Origin: Parcubacteria bacterium C7867-004
Lineage (GTDB): Bacteria > Patescibacteriota > Minisyncoccia > Phycocordibacterales > Phycocordibacteraceae
Assembly (NCBI GenBank): GCA_001189075.1
Contig: LFCN01000006.1
Location: 237,219 to 301,218 of the forward strand
DNA: 64,000 nt
Direction of reading: 5' to 3'
The notes under the pieces were generated by a model. That model ran no database searches. It saw only the letters and a program-made list of their open reading frames with translations, and was not told where the DNA came from. Both the position numbers and the translations under genes were made by a program. Positions within the stretch are counted from its first letter, which is position 1. Each line of letters begins with the position of its first letter. Shown here one piece after another: positions 57,931-64,000 of this stretch.

Positions 57931-59886
57931 TTACACTCCGATAAGAACCGGAATAACCATCGGCGCCTTGTTGGTCCTCGTGAAGAGGTACCCGCTCATG
58001 GTGTCGGAGAGCGCATTCTTCACGAAGTCGAGGTCGACGGGGTCCATACCCTCGGTAGAGTCCTCCACGGTCTTCTTGATGAGAAGGCGCGCCTGATTGA
58101 GCATGTCCTGGCTCTCGCGCAGGTACACGAATCCGCGGGAGATGATGTCCGGAGACTTGCGGAGCTTGCCGGTCTTGAGGTTTACGGTCGCGATAATCAC
58201 GAACATGCCGTCCTTGGCAAGCATCTGGCGGTCGCGGATGACCACCTCCTGCATATCGCCGATGGAGAACCCATCGACAACAAGCGGGGCGGACGGGACC
58301 TTCTCCTTGTGCCAGAAGAGCTTCTCGCCGTTCTCGACGATGTCGATGACGCTGCCGTTATCGGCGAGGATGATGCTCTCGCGCGGGCGTCCTGCCTGCT
58401 CAACTGCTTTGGCGTGGCAACTGGTCATGGAGTAGTAGCCGTACGCAGGCATGAAGAACTTTGCGCCCACCTGCTGGTTGATCCAGATGAGCTCGCCGGT
58501 GTTGCCGTGCCCGGTCGAGTGAACGTCCGAGGAACGGTAGTGGATGAGCGTCACGCCGTTGCGGTAGAGGTTGTCCTTCAGCTTCTGGACGCTGATCTCA
58601 TTGCCCGGGATAACCGAGGACGAGAGGACAATGGTGTCGCGGTTCGTGAGTTGTATGTTCTTGTGCTGCTTGGTCGCGATGCGCATGAGGGCAGCGAACT
58701 CCTCGCCCTGTGCGCCGGTAGCGAGCACGACGATCTTGTCGGGAGGGTAATCGCCGATCTCCTGCGCGCTGATGAGCGTATCTTTCTTTACGGTGAGAAG
58801 GCCGGTCTTCTGCGCGATCTCGAGGTTCGTCTTTATCGAGCGGCCCTCGGTCACGATCTTCTTCCCGAGGCTCTCCGCGATCTGGATGATACGGACCATG
58901 CGCTCGAACTGCGACGCGAAGGTGCCGATGATGAGGCGGCCCTGCACCGTCTTAATGATCTCCTCGAGAGTCTCGTGCACCTTGCGCTCAGGCACCGAGA
59001 ACCCGTCGCGCTCGGCGTTGGTCGAGTCGGCGATGAAGAGGAGGTTCTTCTGACTGCCTAACGCTCCCCATTTCTTTGCCTCGGCTTCCGTCGGGATGCC
59101 ATTGTTGTGATCAAGCTTGAGGTCGCCGGTAGCGATGACGTTTCCGTACGGGGTCGAGATTGCGATACCCATCGAATCGGGAATGGAGTGTGTAACGGGG
59201 AAGAACTGGACCTTCGTATTGCTGATGGTCATGGTGCTCCCTGGCTCTACCGTGACGATATCGAGCTCCGGCATATCCGGATATTCTTCCTGGCGCTTCT
59301 TGATCATCACCGCGGAAAGGTTCTGCGTGTAGATGGTCGGGTTGCCGAAGCGGTTCATCAGGAACGGGATGCCGCCGATGTGGTCGAGGTGGCCGTGGGT
59401 TATGAATACGCCCTTGATGCGATCCTGGTTCTTCTCGAGGTACTTCGTGTTCGGAAGGACGTAGTCGACGCCCGGAGAGGTGTCCTCGGAGACGAACTGG
59501 AAGCCGACATCGAAGATGAAGATATCGTTGTTCGTCTCGATGGTGAACATGTTGCGTCCGACCTCCTCGACGCCGCCGAGCGGGACGACGCGGACGACGT
59601 CCTTGGCAGGCGCTTCAGGATAATAATCGGCTACTTTCTTCTCGCGCGGTGGACCGCTGCGATCGGGTGCACCGCCGCTTTGGCGGCGGACAGGACGGCG
59701 AAGAGTACGATTGCCTCCTCCACGAGGGGGGCGGGAACCGTCACTGCGTGGTGCGCCGCTGTTCGGGCGCGGACCGCGGTCACGCGGAGGGCGTCCGCTA
59801 TCGCGCGGAATGCGCGGTTGCTCTGATTGTGATGCCGGTTGAGGGCGGGGGCTTGGCGCCGGAGCCGGCGCGGGTGCTGCTGACAT
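57931..59886 (-). CDS. rnj: Ribonuclease J
   Basis: PLGGVEEVGRN, THGHLDHIGG, HSIPD, DSTNA, HSTGH, PDIISRGF. Confidence 0.95.
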   Translation of the reverse strand: MSAAPAPAPAPSPRPQPASQSEQPRIPRDSGRPPRDRGPRPNSGAPRSDGSRPPRGGGNRTLRRPVRRQSGGAPDRSGPPREKKVADYYPEAPAKDVVRVVPLGGVEEVGRNMFTIETNNDIFIFDVGFQFVSEDTSPGVDYVLPNTKYLEKNQDRIKGVFITHGHLDHIGGIPFLMNRFGNPTIYTQNLSAVMIKKRQEEYPDMPELDIVTVEPGSTMTISNTKVQFFPVTHSIPDSMGIAISTPYGNVIATGDLKLDHNNGIPTEAEAKKWGALGSQKNLLFIADSTNAERDGFSVPERKVHETLEEIIKTVQGRLIIGTFASQFERMVRIIQIAESLGKKIVTEGRSIKTNLEIAQKTGLLTVKKDTLISAQEIGDYPPDKIVVLATGAQGEEFAALMRIATKQHKNIQLTNRDTIVLSSSVIPGNEISVQKLKDNLYRNGVTLIHYRSSDVHSTGHGNTGELIWINQQVGAKFFMPAYGYYSMTSCHAKAVEQAGRPRESIILADNGSVIDIVENGEKLFWHKEKVPSAPLVVDGFSIGDMQEVVIRDRQMLAKDGMFVIIATVNLKTGKLRKSPDIISRGFVYLRESQDMLNQARLLIKKTVEDSTEGMDPVDLDFVKNALSDTMSGYLFTRTNKAPMVIPVLIGV

Positions 59887-60001
59887 ATGGTAAATGATTA
59901 GTTTGCTAGTTGTGGTTGTGCACGGGTCGACTGACACGAGTGCGCAATGGGCAGTCCGTAGGAGAGAAGGGGACGTATCCGGCTTCGCTATGGACTATCT
60001 A

Positions 60002-61732
60002 CTACTCACTCGCCGGAACCAGGAATGGCCATACGTACTCGCTTTCCCGGTACCAGGTGCTGACGTCGTTGAATCGGTCAGACGGCGAGGTTATCTGCGG
60101 AAGGCGGACCCCGTACACGCTCTTAGGTACAGCATACAGGAAGTCGGGGGCATGCGTAAAGGCGGCGGGGAAATCGAGCGCAATAGCGTCCGAAATACGC
60201 TGCAGAGCAGCCTGCTTTGCTTCAGGGTCGAGCTCGGTGCGCGCGTCATCGAGGAGGCCATCCACCGTCTTATTCGCGTATGCGGCGATGTTGAGGCCGG
60301 GGTCCTGACGCTCGCCAGAGTCCCAGAACGCGTACAGATCCTGGTCGCGTCCGATAACCATGCCGAAGAGAAGCGCTTCATAGGCGCGCGGACGTATTAC
60401 GTCGCTTGCGAGGTCTCCCGGCTCATAGAGCTCGACTTCTACTGGCACGCCGAGCGCCTCCCAGTCGCTCTCGATCTCGGCAGCAATAGCCTTGAGTTCG
60501 GGAACGTTCGAGGTCTTGAGCGTGATGGAGGGGAGGGTAATCTTCTCCTTCGCGTTCGACCATAGGCCGGTCTCGGGATCCTGTGCCCAGCCTCCGTCCG
60601 TAAGGGCAGCTTTTGCGAGCTCGACGCTATTGCCTTCCGGTAGTGCCGGCTGCGTTACGCTGCTACCAGGCGGTACGGGACCCATCAGCGCAGTTGCATA
60701 CCCGCCGAGTATGTCGTTCACGATGCGCGTACGATCAACCGCGAGCGAAAGCGCTTCCCGCACTTCACGCCTCGCAAACGCGGGGTTCTGGTCGCTGTTG
60801 AAGAATGCGCCGAAGACGCGCGAATAGGGAGCACGCAGCGCAGTATCGCTCGCAATGCCGTGCGCGCTCTCGATGCTCCCTGACTTATACGCGCTTTGGA
60901 GCGCCTGCAGATCATCAAAAAACTTCACCCGGATGCGGTCGAGGTACGGCTTCCCGAGCACGTACTTTGCGAACGGCTTGAGCTCTATCTCCTTGATGCT
61001 GCCGTCACTTCCGCGTGCCACATTCGCGATCTGGAACGGACCTGCTCCCACCGGTTTCGTCATAAGTGGGGAGAAGGGGAATTCGTCCGCGGGAATGTTT
61101 CGCCAGAGGTGCGCCGGAAGGATACCGAGCGTAGTGTCGATAAGGAACGGTGCGTACGGTTTCGGCAGTAGGAACCGGACGGTGCGTGCATCCACGACAT
61201 CCGCCTTAATGCTCGCCCAGTTCGCAAGCTCGGGGCTCTTAAGTGCTGGATCCTGCGCCCGTTCGATGGTGAAGACGACATCGTCCGCGGTTACGGGCGT
61301 TCCGTCGGAGAAGCGTGCATCCTCCCGTATCACGAACACGTATTCTTTCCCGTCTTCGGACACACTGTAGCTTTCTGCAAGTACCAGCTGGAGCATACCG
61401 TCGCCGTCCACTTTCATGAGGCCCGCGTACGTGAGCGCAGTGAGATCACGATCGGCGTCCGAAAGTGCGAGCAGGGGATTCACGAATCGGGGAGAGCCGA
61501 TGATGCCTTCGGTGAGCGTTCCGCCATGAGCAGGTACGCGCACGAGGACTGAGCGCTCGAGTGCGAACAAGGCTATAAGGCTCGACGCCACGATAAGCGC
61601 GCCGAGGAACCCGAGAATGAGCTTGTCGCCGGGGCGTAGTCCGCATATGTGCGCGGAAAGCCATTCGAACGCCGGAACATGCCTGCGCCTGGTTAGTACG
61701 GAAAAGAGGGTAGAGAGTCGCGGGAGCGACAT
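60002..61732 (-). CDS. Peptide ABC transporter substrate-binding protein (family 5)
   Basis: GGTLTEG, NPLL, SDGTPVTADDVVFT, PVGAGPF, REVREALSLAVDR. Confidence 0.9.
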   Translation of the reverse strand: MSLPRLSTLFSVLTRRRHVPAFEWLSAHICGLRPGDKLILGFLGALIVASSLIALFALERSVLVRVPAHGGTLTEGIIGSPRFVNPLLALSDADRDLTALTYAGLMKVDGDGMLQLVLAESYSVSEDGKEYVFVIREDARFSDGTPVTADDVVFTIERAQDPALKSPELANWASIKADVVDARTVRFLLPKPYAPFLIDTTLGILPAHLWRNIPADEFPFSPLMTKPVGAGPFQIANVARGSDGSIKEIELKPFAKYVLGKPYLDRIRVKFFDDLQALQSAYKSGSIESAHGIASDTALRAPYSRVFGAFFNSDQNPAFARREVREALSLAVDRTRIVNDILGGYATALMGPVPPGSSVTQPALPEGNSVELAKAALTDGGWAQDPETGLWSNAKEKITLPSITLKTSNVPELKAIAAEIESDWEALGVPVEVELYEPGDLASDVIRPRAYEALLFGMVIGRDQDLYAFWDSGERQDPGLNIAAYANKTVDGLLDDARTELDPEAKQAALQRISDAIALDFPAAFTHAPDFLYAVPKSVYGVRLPQITSPSDRFNDVSTWYRESEYVWPFLVPASE

Positions 61733-61742
61733 ACGAAAGGGG

Positions 61743-61973
61743 TTAGAGGAAGAACCCGGCAGCAGCCGAAAGCACGAAGAGAACGGCGAGCACAATCGTA
61801 GCATTGAACAGGAACTTCTCAGCGCCGCGGCGCTTGTAGAAGGTCGAAGCGAAATTGTCGCCACCGAAGGCGCCGCCAAGGGACGCGCCGCGGTTCTGCA
61901 GCACGATTCCCGCTATGAGGAGCACCGCGAGCGTTATCTCGATGTAGGGCAAAAGGCCTATAATAGTCTGCAT
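61743..61973 (-). CDS. secG: Preprotein translocase subunit SecG
   Basis: LQNRGASLGGAFGG...RRGAEKFLFNATI. Confidence 0.92.
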   Translation of the reverse strand: MQTIIGLLPYIEITLAVLLIAGIVLQNRGASLGGAFGGDNFASTFYKRRGAEKFLFNATIVLAVLFVLSAAAGFFL

Positions 61974-62025
61974 CTTGGTGGGGAGGATAGCATGGATAGG
62001 GGCCGGTTTCAAGGTTGTCTAGGCG

Positions 62026-62048
62026 GGTTCGATACCTGCTCTGCCAAC
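62026..62048 (+). repeat. tRNA-3'-end-like att site (short type)
   Basis: GGTTCGATACCTGCTCTGCCAAC, 17/23 identical to 33858-33880. Confidence 0.55.
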
Positions 62049-62069
62049 ATAAGTGTATAAATAAAAAGA

Positions 62070-62105
62070 AGCCGCCCGGACGCGACAGGAATATTCCGGG
62101 CGACT
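62070..62105 (-). terminator. Cassette terminator
   Basis: Minus strand AGTCGCCCGGA...TCCGGGCGGCT then TCTTTTT. Confidence 0.7.
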
Positions 62106-62113
62106 CCAGACGG

Positions 62114-62563
62114 CTACAAATAGGACGGCGGAGACTCTACTCCAGCCTCCCGCTGCCATTGGTCTTGAAGGATCAGGTCGCGCGCCACGCAGACGATGAC
62201 CTGCGTCGCTACTCTCGCGAGAAGGCCATGGCCGTTAAACGAGTGCATGTAGAAATTGGGCGCCGGGAGGTGAACGAATCCGGTTTGATGACGGAATCGC
62301 GCACCAGGGATCTTTTCTCCAGGGAGATGAGCACCATGCGGCGTCCCGTACGCACAGATGCGCCCGAGCGTCTCGTTGCTCATCTCGTATGCCTTCTGCT
62401 GGATTAGCAGATGAAGCTGCTCGTAGAGCTTGTGAGCATCAGCTCCCTTATCCCGCTCTCGGTGGGCGCGAAGTAGTCTCACTCCCACGACGTGCTTGGT
62501 CAGGTTGATGATGTAGTCCCCGTCTTGGACCCACGGTTCCGCGACCGTAATGGACATACTCAT
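62114..62563 (-). CDS. Orphan cassette gene (149 aa)
   Basis: GAGG SD-like; TTGACT at 62712-62717 upstream; terminator downstream. Confidence 0.7.
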   Translation of the reverse strand: MSMSITVAEPWVQDGDYIINLTKHVVGVRLLRAHRERDKGADAHKLYEQLHLLIQQKAYEMSNETLGRICAYGTPHGAHLPGEKIPGARFRHQTGFVHLPAPNFYMHSFNGHGLLARVATQVIVCVARDLILQDQWQREAGVESPPSYL

Positions 62564-62768
62564 GTTTATCCCTCGGTAAGAGATTTCCCACTATCTGAAT
62601 GAATCGAGTAGCTCAGCATTGAGCAGTTCGATACAAGGCAGAGTGACCTTGTTAGTGGCCCAGCAGGCCGAAGCAAGCTGATGTGGAGTATATTTACATA
62701 AAAAACGAATAAGTCAAGTATCATACCCCGCGGCCAGTACTCGAGTAGGATTTTAATAATTTATTAAA

Positions 62769-62796
62769 AGTTCTAACTTCGTCCCAGACACCAAGC
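62769..62796 (+). repeat. att-like site (long type)
   Basis: AGTTCTAACTTCGTCCCAGACACCAAGC, 20/24 identical to the array repeat. Confidence 0.8.
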
Positions 62797-62815
62797 CGCG
62801 CTACACTGCACGTAT

Positions 62816-63034
62816 ATGGCACTTGGACGACTCATTTCAAACCGGTTCACGAACGAGAAGGGGAATGACATATATGTGCGAGCCAAGGAAGAACCGATAG
62901 GAGGGGTTCCGGGCATCCTGCTCTATATCGCCGGTCCAGATTCTGATAGCGAGATGCACGTTACGCGACAGGAAGGTCTTGAACTCCTCGCAGTACTGTC
63001 GAAACTCCTGAAGACCGGTCGCAGGAGCGCGTAA
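62816..63034 (+). CDS. Hypothetical protein
   Basis: 72 aa; TACACT 8 nt upstream of ATG. Confidence 0.65.
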   Translation: MALGRLISNRFTNEKGNDIYVRAKEEPIGGVPGILLYIAGPDSDSEMHVTRQEGLELLAVLSKLLKTGRRSA

Positions 63035-63163
63035 GCATACGAGCCCATTTGACGCTCCCGAAGGGGATTCATATACTGGGGATAACTTCGGGGCGAGAAA
63101 ACTCGCGTCGAGTAGGGAATTAATCGTTTTCTCTTTACTAACCGTTCAGCGAATATCTTTCCT

Positions 63164-63475
63164 ATGGCTACACCAGCAAAAACGCTCTCTATCAAGCCGC
63201 TTGGCGATCGCGTCGTCGTCCAGCCGATACAGAAAGACGAAGTGTCAAGCTCCGGCATCATCATTCCCGACACGCTTAAACCAGAAAAGCCGGAGCGGGG
63301 AACTGTGGTTGCGGCTGGTCCCGGCAAGTACGGCGACGAGGGCGACCTCATCCCTATGACGGTTAAGGTCGGCGACAAGGTCCTCTTCTCCAAGTACGGC
63401 TATGACGAAGTGAAGATAGACGGCACGGAATACTACATCCTCTCCGAGTCGAACGTGCTTGCGGTCCTCAAGTAA
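63164..63475 (+). CDS. groES: Co-chaperonin GroES
   Basis: IKPLGDRVVV, SGIIIPDT, AAGPG, VKVGDKVLF. Confidence 0.96.
   Translation: MATPAKTLSIKPLGDRVVVQPIQKDEVSSSGIIIPDTLKPEKPERGTVVAAGPGKYGDEGDLIPMTVKVGDKVLFSKYGYDEVKIDGTEYYILSESNVLAVLK

Positions 63476-64000
<525 letters not shown>

Noticed and set aside
61976-62050. Intact tRNA gene (good T-arm GCGGG-TTCGATA-CCTGC, wobble-rich acceptor pairing)
   Set aside because: No convincing D or anticodon arm, no U8, no CCA; overlaps the secG promoter; kept only as an att-like site
63035-63163. CIRCE element upstream of groES
   Set aside because: No TTAGCACTC-N9-GAGTGCTAA; only a short ACTCG/CGAGT repeat

Overview
Chromosomal window of a small-genome bacterium, most consistent with Patescibacteria/CPR (Parcubacteria-like); this is inferred from gene content: CxxC-x17-CxxC protein, PIF1-like helicase, RND pump without an outer-membrane factor, secG next to a peptide-binding protein and rnj. 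It uses genetic code 11. About 85 CDSs are present: housekeeping (typA, DEAD-box helicase, mltG, nth, mutY, rnj, secG, groES/groEL), many redox, metal and envelope genes (rubredoxin-apbE-MsrQ-like-FNR operon, ccdA/thioredoxin, CopC/CopD fusion, dsbB, two dsbA, msrA, msrB, bcp), and orphans. I found no rRNA, intact tRNA, CRISPR, transposase or integrase. The main discovery is an integron-like tandem array at 33858-38921: five single-gene units (an RloC-like AAA_13 gene and four orphans, each orphan with its own terminator and SD, three with a clear sigma70 promoter), separated by a ~25-28 bp site (GGTTCCAACGTCGTACCAGACACCCA) that resembles a tRNA-Gln 3' end. A second one-unit locus with the same architecture lies at 62026-62796. 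The left-boundary sites and the internal/right sites differ by a 5-bp spacing shift, which suggests att sites of a large serine recombinase acting in trans. Many native genes look leaderless (TANNNT 6-8 nt before ATG). All calls are by eye from motifs; no database searches were run.
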